Assembly (NCBI GenBank): GCA_951406725.2
Contig: OX597838.1
Coordinates: forward strand, 19,902,001 to 19,966,000
From: Octopus vulgaris
Taxonomy: Eukaryota
Direction of reading: 5' to 3'
DNA: 64,000 nt
In this document: positions 11,656-23,533 of the stretch, in pieces
How the letters are laid out: every line of letters begins with the position of its first letter
How positions within the stretch are numbered: position 1 is the first letter of the stretch
Translations under genes and position numbers: made by a program
The notes under the pieces: model-generated
What the model saw: only the letters and a program-made list of their open reading frames with translations
Database searches by the model: none
Told to the model about the DNA's origin: nothing

Positions 11656-11969
11656 GTAAGTATATTGTTTAACCTTTTTGTTACTAACCCACCTGAGTAT
11701 TTCATAATGCCGGCATAACTCCCTATTATCATTATTAATATTATTAGTAAAAATAATTACAAGGGAGTTGGGAGTGGAAGAAACATTGAGAAATGACTTT
11801 GCTGTATTTAGTTATGCAATTTTCCATAGCTGAGGCAAATGTTGAAATTAATGAACCAGTTAGACCTAATCCAATGCAGAAGAAAAGATAAATAAGCAAA
11901 ATGCTTTATTTAAGAGAAGGGAAACTAAACGAATGTCAAAGCCATTTTTTTTTGTAATTGGTAAGTGTT

Positions 11970-12334
11970 GAGAGGCGGTTGGATGGAACCTACACTCGCC
12001 TCCTTATGAGAGCTCAAAATCTTTCGTGGAAGCGCCATCCAACCAAAATGCAAATATATGGGAAACTACCACCTGTGTCATCTCTTGTGAAAGGTAGGAG
12101 AGTCCAGTTTGCTGGACATTGTTGTAGAGCTGAAAAAGAAGTAATTTCTACTCTTCTCCTCTGGAAGCCATCTACTCGCAATACCAGAGGGCGCACACTC
12201 TCCTACCCTGATGTAATCTCCAGGGATACAGGCATCCAGCAACAGGACCTCCATAATGCCATGATGGACCGTGAAGTCTGGCGTAGCATGGTAAATTCCA
12301 TTGTCTCGACCACGGTCGAACAATGATGATGATG
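11970..12334 (+). mobile_element. 5'-truncated non-LTR retrotransposon (RTE/Proto2-like) 3' end
   Basis: Open frame RLDGTYTRLL..RRVQFAGHCCR..RGR..DREVWR; (GAT)n tail; TSD AAGTGTT at 11963 and 12335. Confidence 0.85.
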
Positions 12335-12460
12335 AAGTGTTAAGATTTGCAAACTTGTCAAAAATCGTGTCCAATAAAAAGAAAAGGAAAGCACACGGCA
12401 TTATTCAAAAGTTTTGTTTTGCTTACTATAAACTTTTGGTATTGAATTTTTTTCTTGTAG

Positions 12461-12700
12461 CTGGAATATTACAAACAAGGTTTTATCGAAGACTTTGTCA
12501 AGATACTTGAAGCTTCTCGTGCCGATGCCAGTTATGACTATCCAAATTATGAAAAAGACCAGATGCGAGCACTGGACACCCTTGCTGCATATTATGTGCA
12601 GCAGGCACATAAGGAGAAGAACAAAGAGAAAAAGAGGGACCTGTTCACTCAGGCCACTCTCTTGTACACCACTGCTGACAAAGTCATCATGTACGATCAG
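12461..12700 (+). CDS. CTR9: CTR9 exon 3
   Basis: LEYYKQG...[11 protein letters not shown]...ADKVIMYDQ|gtaagt. Confidence 0.96.
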
Positions 12701-13406
12701 GTAAGTTTATTTATCGTAGTTGCCATTTAGTTTCAGGTAAGCTCTGATTTGGAGACATATAGCTTGACCATATAGTCAGCTAAATGACTAGGTGCAACCC
12801 AAATATCTATTGTTACAAATATTCTGTCTGTGTGTCTGTGACCCCTTGCTTTGACATTGCATGATAGATGTAAATGATTTGTCATTGTCATACAACTAGT
12901 GTCATTTCTGGTATTCTGTGGGGACATGTCTGGTTGCAATGTTACATTGCTCGGAAACAGGCATGGGTTGATGACAGGAAGGGCATCCAGCCTTAGAAAA
13001 TCTGCCCCAAACTCCAACCGACCCATGCAAGCATGCATGGAAAAAGTGGATGTTAAAATGATGATGATTCAATACTTCTGTCTCTGGCTGATGTGTGGTG
13101 GTCCCTGTTGTTGCTACAACAGGACCACCACTTTGTTGGTGTTGTTGCTTGGGGGGCTACAACACAACCCCTAACTTTTAACATGCATGTTGTTGTTTAG
13201 TCCACATGTTATTTACTGGTTGACTAGGACTAACAATCAAAGATAATCCTCCAATGACTAACTGCAATTATTTAGTGTAGACAATACCTGAATAAACATC
13301 TTAAGACCATTTACCCTTCCCTGCTGAAGTGGCGGGTTAGGTTTACAGGCTCCTTTGACAGTCTTCTAATCTTATTCATGGTTCCCTTTTAGTAGCACTG
13401 CTTTAA

Positions 13407-13625
13407 CCCTTTAGTACTTAGATTACTCTGTAAAATATAATGCTTGTTTAATTACACTGTATGATTAATCATAAATTATCTCATAGCTTTAAAATTTTTG
13501 ATAATGTGATTGAATAAGTTTAGAATGACATTGTAGGATAGGTGTTATACGCTGGATCTGACCAGTTTGAACATAAAACAGGTAGAATGTTTGAGCCGTA
13601 TATGGCTGGTTTAAACGCTAAAGGG
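13407..13625. mobile_element. piggyBac-like MITE family 1
   Basis: TTAA|CCCTTTAG...CTAAAGGG|TTAA; related copies at ~13997-14185, 41640-42000, 58373-59053. Confidence 0.75.
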
Positions 13626-15522
13626 TTAAGGCAGGCTGCTTTTCTCCTCACCAACCTTTTCGGTTACCTATTTCTTTACTACCCACAAGGGGATAAACAC
13701 AGAGAGAACAAGCAAACGGATTAAGTCGATTATATCGACCCCAGTGCGTAACTGGTACTTATTTAATCGACCCCGAAAGGATGAAAGGCAAAGTCGCCCT
13801 ATGCGGAATTTGAACTCAGAACATAGCAGCAGACGAAATACCGCTAAGAATTTCACCCGGCGTGCTAATGTTTCTGCCAGCTCGCCACCTTTTCAGTTAC
13901 CTGTAAAAACATACAGGGATATAGGCTATTTTAAGACCAAGTTACACATATAATGTAGCTGAGAGTTTATTATTTGTTTAATGTGACTTTCCTATTTAAC
14001 CTTTTAGCTTTCAGATTACTCTGTCAAATGTAATGCTTATTTATTCACATTGTTTTGAATTAACCGTGTGTTATCTCATAACTTCATGATTTCAATAATG
14101 TGAGTGTTTATTTTTAGACTGACATTGTAGGGTAGGTGTGAGGGGTTGGATCTGATCAGTTTTAACATAAAACAGAATATTTAGGCTCCTGTGCTGGTGG
14201 TACATAAAAACCACCCACTACACTCTGAGTGGTTGGCATTAGGAATGGGCATCCAGCTGTAGAAACCTGCCAAATCAGATTGGTGCCTGATGCAGCTCCC
14301 TGGCTTAGCAGTCCTCAGTCAAACCATACAACCCATGCTGCCAGCATGGAAAGCAGATGTTAAACGATGGCGATGATGATCCTCATGATATATATGTGTG
14401 TATATATGATGGGCTTCTTTCAGTTTCCATCTACCAAATCCACTCACAAGGCTTTGGTCAGCCGAGGCTAAAGTAGAAGGCACTTGCCCAAAAGTACCAC
14501 ACAGTGGGATTGAACATGGAACCATGAGGTTGGGAAGCAAGCTTCTTACCACACAGCCACACCTGTGCCTGTATATGTTTTTCCTGCATTCATCAACTTG
14601 TAAGTTCTAGAGGAACATTACCAGCATTGAGCTCTCCAGCTTTGGCAAGAGAGGTGGGGGTGGGGCTGTGAAGGCTATGGATGTGGTCCTTTACTGCTTG
14701 TCAATAAAGGGAAAAAGACATCAAGAACAAAAACCTAGTCCTTGCATACCTATTTCTTTATTACCCACAAGGGGCTAAACACAGAGGGGACAAACAAGGA
14801 CAGACATAGGTATTAAGTCGATTACATCGACCCCGAAAGGATGAAAGGCAAAGTCGACCTCGGCAGAATTTGAACTCACAACGTAACGCAGACGAAATAC
14901 CGCTAAGCATTTCGCCCGGCGTGCTAACGTTTCTGCCAGCTTGCCGCCTTGCATGCCATTTTATTAGATGCTGTAGACTTGTTCCACCTATGTTAGCATG
15001 AAAAGAAGATAGAAGGTGCAGGAGTGGCTGTGTGGTTAGTAGCTTGTTTACCAACCACAGGGTTCCGGGTTCAGTCCCACTGCATGGCACCTTGGGCAAG
15101 TGTCTTCTACTGTAGCCTCGGGCCGACCAAAGCCTTGTGAGTGGATTTGGTAGACGGAAACTGAAAGAAGCCCGTTGTATATATGTATATATATATATAT
15201 ATGTGTGTGTGCATGCATGTTTGTGTGTCTGTATTTGTCCCCCTAGCATTGCTTGACAACCGATGCTGGTGTGTTTATGTCCCCGTCACTTAGCAGTTCG
15301 GCAAAAGAGACCGATAGAATAAGTACTGGGCTTACAAAGAATAAGTCCCGGGGCCGAGTTGCTCGATTAAAGGCGGTGCTCCAGCATGGCCGCAGTCAAA
15401 TGACTGAAACAAGTAAAAGATAAAAGATAAGAAGTATAAAAAAAAAAATGAAAATAATTATGATGATGATGAAAAAATATTTAGTATGACTGACTTGCTG
15501 TTGTTTTTCTTTAATTTTCCAG

Positions 15523-15612
15523 AACCATCTTTTGGGTCGAGCGTATTTCTGTTTGCTGGAAGGTGATAAGATGGAGCAGGCTGATGCTCAGTTTAACTTT
15601 GTACTTAACCAG
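15523..15612 (+). CDS. CTR9: CTR9 exon 4
   Basis: [30 protein letters not shown]|gtgagt. Confidence 0.96.
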
Positions 15613-16211
15613 GTGAGTGGTGTATCTGTGTATCTCTTGGGTTGGACGCATTCTCATTCACTCTCATCTCATTTACCTGTGTTTCTGGTGGTGGTGGTGG
15701 TGATGGGGGTGATGAAAACCAGACCCCTAGGTTCACTTAACTCCATCAAGTTCAAACAAATGAAACAAGCACCTGAGATGATATCCTAAGAAATCAGAGC
15801 CATCCGATTGATTGGCAAAGATTCATTCAGCAACACACTACAACCACTAACACCACATGCATGCACGTGCGCACACACATGCACACACACACACACGCTC
15901 TTCAACCACTACTTGTGGTTGTTGCACTTAAGTGGTATCACCTCATCAGGTTCAAATAAACAAAATGTTCTAGACCACATCCCAAAAATTATGGACCATC
16001 TGGTTTATTTACTTACCAACATACAATCATTAACTGACGCACATATCTAGAGATATTTTTGTCACTATTTGTGAGTGAGGCAACAGACTTCTATTTTCAG
16101 TTAACAAGCATCACCCCCATCAGATTAACACATGAATCCTCTAAGACCACATATCAAAAACGTGGACTATTCAGCTGATTGGCAAAGATGTGCTTGTCCA
16201 CCATTAGCTCA

Positions 16212-17470
16212 CACTGACATAAATCATATCTTAACTCGCACAGACTGTCATCACATCTCAACTTGCGCACACAGACGTCACATCTTAACTCGTGCACACA
16301 GACGTCACATCTTAACTCGTGCACACAGACGTCACATCTTAACTCATGCACACAGACGTCACATCTTAACTCGTGCACACAGACGTCACATCTTAACTCG
16401 TGCACACAGACGTCACATCTTAACTCGTGCACACAGACGTCACATCTTAACTCGTGCACACAGACGTCACATCTTAACTCGTGCACACAGATGTCACATC
16501 TTAACTCGTGCACACAGACGTCACATCTTAACTCGTGCACACAGACGTCACATCTCAACTCGTGCACACAGATGTCACATCTCAACTCATGCAGGCAGAC
16601 GTCACATCTTAACTCATGTACACAGACGTCCCATCTCAATTCATGCACACAGACATCACATCTTAACTCGTGTACACAGACGTCACATCTTAACTCGTGC
16701 ACACAGATGTCACATCTTAACTCGTGCACACAGATGTCACATCTTAACTCGTGCACACAGATGTCACATCTTAACTCGTGCACACAGACGTCACATCTTA
16801 ACTCGTGCACACAGACGTCACATCTTAACTCGTGCACACAGACGTCACATCTTAACTCGTGCACACAGACGTCACATCTTAACTCGTGCACACAGACGTC
16901 ACATCTCAACTCGCACACACAGACGTCACATCTTAACTCGTGCACACAGACGTCACATCTTAACTCGCTCACACAGACGTCACATCTCAACTCGTGCACA
17001 CAGACGTCACATCTTAACTCGTGCACACAGACGTCACATCTCAACTCGCACACACAGACGTCACATCTTAACTCGCACACACAGACGTCACATCTTAACT
17101 CGCACACACAGACGTCACATCTCACATCTCAACTCACACGACGTCACATCTCAACTCGCACACAGACGTCACATCTAACTCGCGCACACAGACGTCACAT
17201 CTCAACTCGCACACACAAACGTCACATCTCAACTCATGCACACAGACGTCGTCACATCTCAACTCGTGCACGCAGACGTCGTCACATCTCAACTCGTGCA
17301 CACAGACGTCACATCTCAACTCGTGCACACAGACGTCACATCTCAACTCGTGCACACAGACGTCACATCTCAACTCGTGCACACAGACGTCACATCTCAA
17401 CTCGTGCACACAGACGTCACATCTCAACTCGCGCAGACAGACATCACATCTCAACTCGTGCAGACAGACA
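16212..17470. repeat. 27-bp minisatellite (~46 units) in CTR9 intron 4
   Basis: Unit TCACATCTTAACTCGTGCACACAGACG. Confidence 0.97.
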
Positions 17471-17731
17471 CCATATCTCATATCCATCTCAGTGACAAGG
17501 TACCTTGCTTAAGTGAAACAAAGCATCCCCCAGTTCAGGAAGCAAACCCATAACCTTGGGATCATAAACCCAACACCTTAACCACTGAGCCATTATACCT
17601 CTACCACTACTAAAACAAACTACTGTAGCAGTGGTGGTAGATGTTCCTCTAAACTTAGAAACAGTTGTCCTCATTTTCATCTTCATGTCAGTCCAAATGT
17701 AAACTGTTATTCTACTCATCTTCTTTTCTAG

Positions 17732-17910
17732 TCAAGCAACAACATTCCGTCTCTCCTCGGTAAAGGGTGTATTGCTTTCAACAAGAAAGACTACCGTGGA
17801 GCCCTTGCCTACTACAAAAAAGCCCTAAGAACCAACCCCAGTTGCCCCGCTTCTGTAAGACTTGGTATGGGACATTGCTTTGTAAAACTTGGCAAGCTTG
17901 AAAAGGCAAA
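17732..17910 (+). CDS. CTR9: CTR9 exon 5
   Basis: [36 protein letters not shown]...KLEKA, phase 2 donor gtaagt. Confidence 0.96.
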
Positions 17911-19510
17911 GTAAGTCTAGTTTTTCTTTTCTTTGTTTTCATTTTTTATATTATATTATTCTTTTATGAGAGAATTTGACTTTGGGAAGGATCATTCAAT
18001 TTAAATACTGTTGGGATTCATTCAGTTGAATATTTTCCTTTCTTACCTCAGCATGGCTATGTGGTTTAGAGGTTCTCTTCGCAACCACAAGGCTTAATGT
18101 TCAATCTCAATGCATAGCACCATAGCCAAGTCTCTTCCGCCTTATCCTCAGGCTTGTCGGAGTCTATTATGGGAGGAATTTGGTAGATAGAAACTGCTTG
18201 GAAACTTCTCATATTTGTTCAGGTGTTTTAGCACCTGGTACTTTGAGGGAGTCATCCCCACCATGCTCAACCGCAGCCTGTCAACAAATAAACAAATCAC
18301 TTGCATTGAGTATGTGTGCTGAATAATGTTTACAACACTAGAACTGCTCCTAATTCATGTTTCAATATAATAATAATGGACTCTCCCATCGTTAGATGAC
18401 TTATGAGGGTTCAACAATTTCTTACCAAACAACCACAGATGATTTGTTTATAGTGATCAAATGTTTGTATAGACATATGCTCACTCCCTCCATCAAATCA
18501 ACATTACCTGTTTCAATACATGTATATTATCTCTGTGTGTTGGTGACACATAAAAAGCACCCACTACACTCACGGAGTGGTTGGCGTTAGGAGGGGCATC
18601 CAGCTTAGAAACACTGCCACATCAGACTGGAGCCTGGCGCAACCACCTGGCTTCCCAGACCCCGGTCAAACCGTCCAACCCATGCTAGCATGGAAAACGG
18701 ACATTAAACGATGATGATGATGATATAATATATATATATATCTGTGTATGTTTGTTTTTATATTAAGTTATAATAAAAACAATTTTACATTAAACTGAAG
18801 GATTACTCAATACTTTTTATAGAGGACGTGTTATTAGACATTTACAAAGAATATTGGTGACAGTGACTTTGAAGTTTTGGTCTGGGGTAGCAGGCTGAAA
18901 CTTCAAAACCACTATTGCCACTATTCTTGTAAACATAATATATATACACATACACACATATTCTTTTACTTGTTTCAGTCATTTGACTAGCCATGCTGGA
19001 GCACCACCTAGAAAGGTTTTAGTTAAACAAATCGACTCCAAAACTTAACATTTTTAAGCTATTGCCTATTCTTTTTATATATATTACATAGACCTACACA
19101 TGTTTCAACTGCAGTGGCAACCCTACTATAATACCGAGTCTTTAATATTCTTAAGTTAGAAACAAACTATCTTCAATTCAAGTTTATCATTTAAATGTTT
19201 ATTATTCATTTATACTGGGCAAATGTGAATTTCCTCATGTGCAAGCATCTCAAAGCTTGTTCCTGTCTAGAATTTATTACATTATATAAAAAGAATAGGC
19301 AATAGCTTAAAAATGTTAAGTTTTGGAGTCGATTTGTTTAACTAAAACCTTTCTAGGTGGTGCTCCAGCATGGCTGCAGTCAAATGACTGAAACAAGTAA
19401 AAGAATGTGTGTGTATGTGTATATATATTATGTTTACATTAGATGTAAAAATTTGGTAGGATTCTTCTAAACACAGGTCACGTTTTTTAGTTCTATAAGT
19501 TTCTGTCTAT

Positions 19511-19758
19511 GGACGTGCGTGGTTTAGTGGTTAGGGTGTCAGCATCATGATCGTAAGATTGTGGTTTCAATTCCTGGACCGAGCGACGCGTTGTGTTCTT
19601 GAGCAAAACACTTCATTTCCTGTTGCTCCAGTCCACTCAGCTGGCAAAAATGAGTAATGCTGCGATGGACTGGCGTCCTGTCCTGCTGGGGAGCCCATAC
19701 ACCATAGAAACCGGTAAACCAGGCCCATGAGTCTGGCTAGGCTTTAAAAGGGCGCATT
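19511..19758 (+). mobile_element. SINE family C (tRNA head, CORE/V-like body)
   Basis: GGCGCATGGCTTAGTGGTTAGG..GGTTTCGATTCC..CTAGGCTTTAAAAGGGCGCAT; near-identical copy at 32818-33062; relatives at 35145-35440 and 61961-62260. Confidence 0.8.
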
Positions 19759-20000
19759 TATTTATTTTTTATTTATATGTTTCTGTCTACCATAGCCACT
19801 CACAAGGCTTTGGTCAGCACTGGGCTATATAGTACATGGTGGGACTGAACCCAGAACCAAATCCTCAGGAAAGCAAACTTCTTACCACACAGTCACACCT
19901 GAGCCTATAAAATGTGTTCTAAAAATTTCTAAATAAATAATTAATTCTATGGATTTTTTTAACAATTTTAGAAATCCTTGTTTCTATTTATTTATCTTAG

Positions 20001-20196
20001 GATGGCTTTTGAGCGTGCCCTTTTCCTCGACCCTCAGTGTGTCGGTGCCTTAGTTGGACTCGCTATCCTCAAAATGAATGCTAAAACTCAAGATTCAATT
20101 AAAACAGGAGTGCAGTTATTGTCAAAAGCTTACACAATTGACTCAACCAACCCAATGGTTTTAAACCATTTGGCTAACCATTTCTTTTATAAAAAG
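20001..20196 (+). CDS. CTR9: CTR9 exon 6
   Basis: [21 protein letters not shown]...[16 protein letters not shown]|gtaagt. Confidence 0.96.
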
Positions 20197-20329
20197 GTAA
20201 GTCACCTATCTGCTGTTTCTTTCCAAATACCCCAAATATCATTTGTTGTTGTTCTGCTTTGCCTCAACTCTAATCCAAGCGACATTCCAACTGTTACCAT
20301 CTTGTCATAGTTTTCGGGCATACCTTTTA

Positions 20330-20545
20330 TCTTCTACTTGCCAACCCCTCTGCATCCTCTAAGGTGATATTGAGCCTTTGAAGTTCTTCCCTAATCGTAT
20401 CCAGCCATCTGGTGCAAGGACTTTTCCAGCCCACAGCTGCTGCATCAATGGAGAGTGAAGCTCTGGTAGGATGATTTAGCAGGAGATGGAAGACATGTCT
20501 GTACCAGTGCATGCGATGGAGAGCTATGAGGTGGGAGGCTGCAAA
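20330..20545 (-). mobile_element. RTE-like LINE 3' remnant
   Basis: RMHWYRHV..HPTR..PCTRWLDTIREEL..LEDAEGLA resembles the RTE ORF2 C-terminus. Confidence 0.6.
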
Positions 20546-21455
20546 CTGATACAAAAGATATTTGTCTTGACTTAGAGTACATCACACAATGTCTGTCCCC
20601 AGGTTTCAACTGACTGTATGCGTGTATGTATGAAGGAGAGGATTTAAAACCACCACAGCTATTGTACATTCATCTAAATATATGTAGTAGGTGCGTATTT
20701 TTATTAAGCTTATTGTTTACATGGTAGCTTGACCTGTTAGAAATAGCAGCCAAATCTCTCTAAATTCACATTACTGTTTTAAAACAGAAAGGATATATAA
20801 TGTAGTTTTGGTTACACTGTCTGGAAAAAGAATGACAGATTGACCACAGCTGGAGCATCTTTGATCATAAGGTCTGCTGGATCAAAGCTGACCTGTGGTT
20901 AAAGAACAACTGCAGGACTTCTTTCAGGAGATACAAGAAAATAGGTACTTTCTGTCTGTGACTTGATACGGTAAAAGACTGCTCAGCACAGATCTCCAAG
21001 TATAAAACAAGGTAAAATTGGTTCATTGTCTCAGAGGCTGATGATGTCATCTTGTTGAACATTTTATTGGTTAGCTAGCAGAAAGAACCAGCTTCTAACC
21101 TGAAGAACTGCCTGTGGATTAGGCAGCTAAAGCATACAAGCTATGTACTATACCATACTCTACTAGACCAGCAAGCTTCAGAGTAGGAAAATTCAGTAGG
21201 AAGACCAAGAACCACTCACCATGAAACCGGAACAGAAAGGAGAAATAAAAAATGGAGAGAACTAGATGTTAAAAGGAATTACATGAGTTGGAGAAGATTT
21301 GTGAGGCATATGTTGATGGCCTTTGACTCACAAAACAGTAGGACTAGAGAGATCACATGTTGACGACCTATGTTTTATGGTGGGGTTGAAGAGCAAAGAA
21401 CAAGATCCTCAATTGCATTGTGTGTAAATTATTTTTCCATTGTTCTATTTTACAG

Positions 21456-21563
21456 GATTATCAGAAAGTGCAACATCTTGCATTACATGCCTTCCATAAT
21501 ACAGAGAATGAAGCAATGAGGGCAGAAAGCTGCTATCAGCTGGCAAGGGCTTTTCATGTCCAG
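21456..21563 (+). CDS. CTR9: CTR9 exon 7
   Basis: [36 protein letters not shown]|gtaaga. Confidence 0.96.
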
Positions 21564-22519
21564 GTAAGACATTTGTTACTGATACAGTAACACTAATGAG
21601 CTAAAAAAGTAACAGTTGTAGTGAATGAGATTGTATAGTACAGACTGAATTGAATACAACAAACTAGTGGGATAAAGCAATGAGGGCAGAATGCTGCTAG
21701 TTTCCAAACTGTAATATCTCACCGTGAAAGACAGGAAACAAACAGCATTGCTTGTTTGGTGGTGATGCTCATTTTCAATTATCACATAATATCAATACAA
21801 AGGTTATTGCACGCATGCACATGATATCAATACTGCATGCACACACACATACATTATGTAGTAATACTTCAACAATTAGAAAAGCACTCGATCAGCTAAG
21901 AGAGTTAAGATAATCTTAAATTAAAAACCACAAATTTTGCAAATAGCTACTCGGGGTTTCCTGGTCAAAATAATTTATTCCACTGCTTTCAACTTGATAA
22001 ATGGCAGAATAAAATATTTCGTCCAGGAAACCCTGGATAGCTATTTGCAACACTTGTGGTTTTTAATTTAAGATTACACACACGCAGAGGCTTCTTCCAG
22101 TTTATGTCTACCAAATTCACTCACAGGACTTTGGCTATAGTTAATGACAAGATGTTGTGAAGGTACGTGGCTTAGTGGTAGTAAAGAAATAGGTACTTAA
22201 GTTATCGACCCCAAAAGGATGAAAGGAAAATCGACCTTGGCTGAATTTGAACTCAGAACATAGTCAAACGAAATACGACAAAGCATTTTGCTCAGCGTGC
22301 TAACTTTTCTGCCAGCTCACCGCCTTAGAATACATATATAATGCCACACATTTTGGAGAGAAGATCACATCATCATTTCCTTAAAACAAACTATAATTTT
22401 AACAGTAACCCCTTCCCCGACACATTGTTTCCTCCTTCTTCAGTCAGACATGATGCATAATCATTTGATTATAAAAAACCTCCTTACATGAAACACAGCC
22501 AAACTTTTCACAATTTCAT

Positions 22520-22561
<42 letters not shown>

Positions 22562-22647
22562 TGTTCCTCCTATTCAAAAAACATGAGAGACACTAATTTT
22601 GGCTGTGTCAGCCCTCATCATCCATGTGTTATTCATTGTTATTTTAG

Positions 22648-22767
22648 GGTGACTATGACCAAGCTTTCCAGTATTACTATCAGTCAACCCAGTTTGCACC
22701 CACCAGCTTTGTACTTCCATTCTTTGGCCTGGGGCAGATGTATATCTACCGTGGTGACAATGAAAAT
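22648..22767 (+). CDS. CTR9: CTR9 exon 8
   Basis: [40 protein letters not shown]|gtaagt. Confidence 0.96.
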
Positions 22768-22861
22768 GTAAGTACATATGTCTAGCTGTCTGTGAATTGG
22801 AGGCTTTTGTTTTTTCTATATTTTAAAAATTTATTTTGGTTTATTTTATTTTTGCTTTTAA

Positions 22862-23337
22862 TCTCTATATCTATAAATGGCAAAACGTCTGTGTGTCCTT
22901 TATACAAATCCACAGTTTTTCACGTAAAAGGCTCGGATTTTCTATGGGCTTTCAAAACTGTCTGAGGGTAGTCGTGAAGATCTTTTCATTTCCCCAGTCA
23001 CTCCAGAAAGCCATTAAAATAATTGACAAACCAACCCCTTATGCCCATAAGTTATTTTGCAGCCAAATTCGAGTTTTTCACTTTCTTCTGCCTCCTTTTT
23101 TGCCTGACTAATGGCATGTGCACAGTCCCGCTAATTTTCCATGAATATGCTGTTCCAGGTGTGAAAACTGAAGTCCAGTGAATATTAATTACTCTCATAA
23201 AAAGCTCCAACAACAAAACTGGCCAGGCTGAAATGTGATAAGAAACTTAACTCTTGATTTAGTGAGAAATTTTTACTGCGACCTGGCAACGAACAAGGAC
23301 TAGCACTAGACCTGGCAACGCCAGGTCATAGTACTAG
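22862..23337 (+). mobile_element. Non-autonomous Helitron
   Basis: A|TCTCTATAT start, 3' hairpin GACCTGGC-AAC-GCCAGGTC, CTAG|T end, no TSD. Confidence 0.82.
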
Positions 23338-23416
23338 TGTTTTTTTTTTGTTGTTGTTTCATCAGTTGCTCTTTGGTTCCAGGTCAATCATTGTATTGAA
23401 TTTTTATTCTTTCTAG

Positions 23417-23533
23417 GCCGCCCTGTGTTTTGAGAAAGTCTTAAAAGCTCAACCTGGAAATTATGAAACTATGAAAATTTTAGGCTCTCTTTATGCCAAT
23501 TCCGAAGATGTTGCAAAGAGAGATACTGCCAAA
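23417..23533 (+). CDS. CTR9: CTR9 exon 9
   Basis: [39 protein letters not shown]|gtaagt. Confidence 0.96.

Noticed and set aside
14761-15249. 162-aa ORF and similar recurring short ORFs
   Set aside because: Translations of SINE consensus sequence repeated across the window
16212-17470. CRISPR-like array
   Set aside because: No unique spacers, eukaryotic context, no cas genes
16132-17495. Long ORFs (348, 323 and 410 aa) with His/Cys-rich repeats
   Set aside because: By-products of a stop-poor 27-bp minisatellite inside CTR9 intron 4; open in several frames on both strands
19511-19580. Additional tRNA genes at SINE heads (also 32818, 35145, 61961)
   Set aside because: They have A/B boxes but no complete cloverleaf, and continue into SINE bodies
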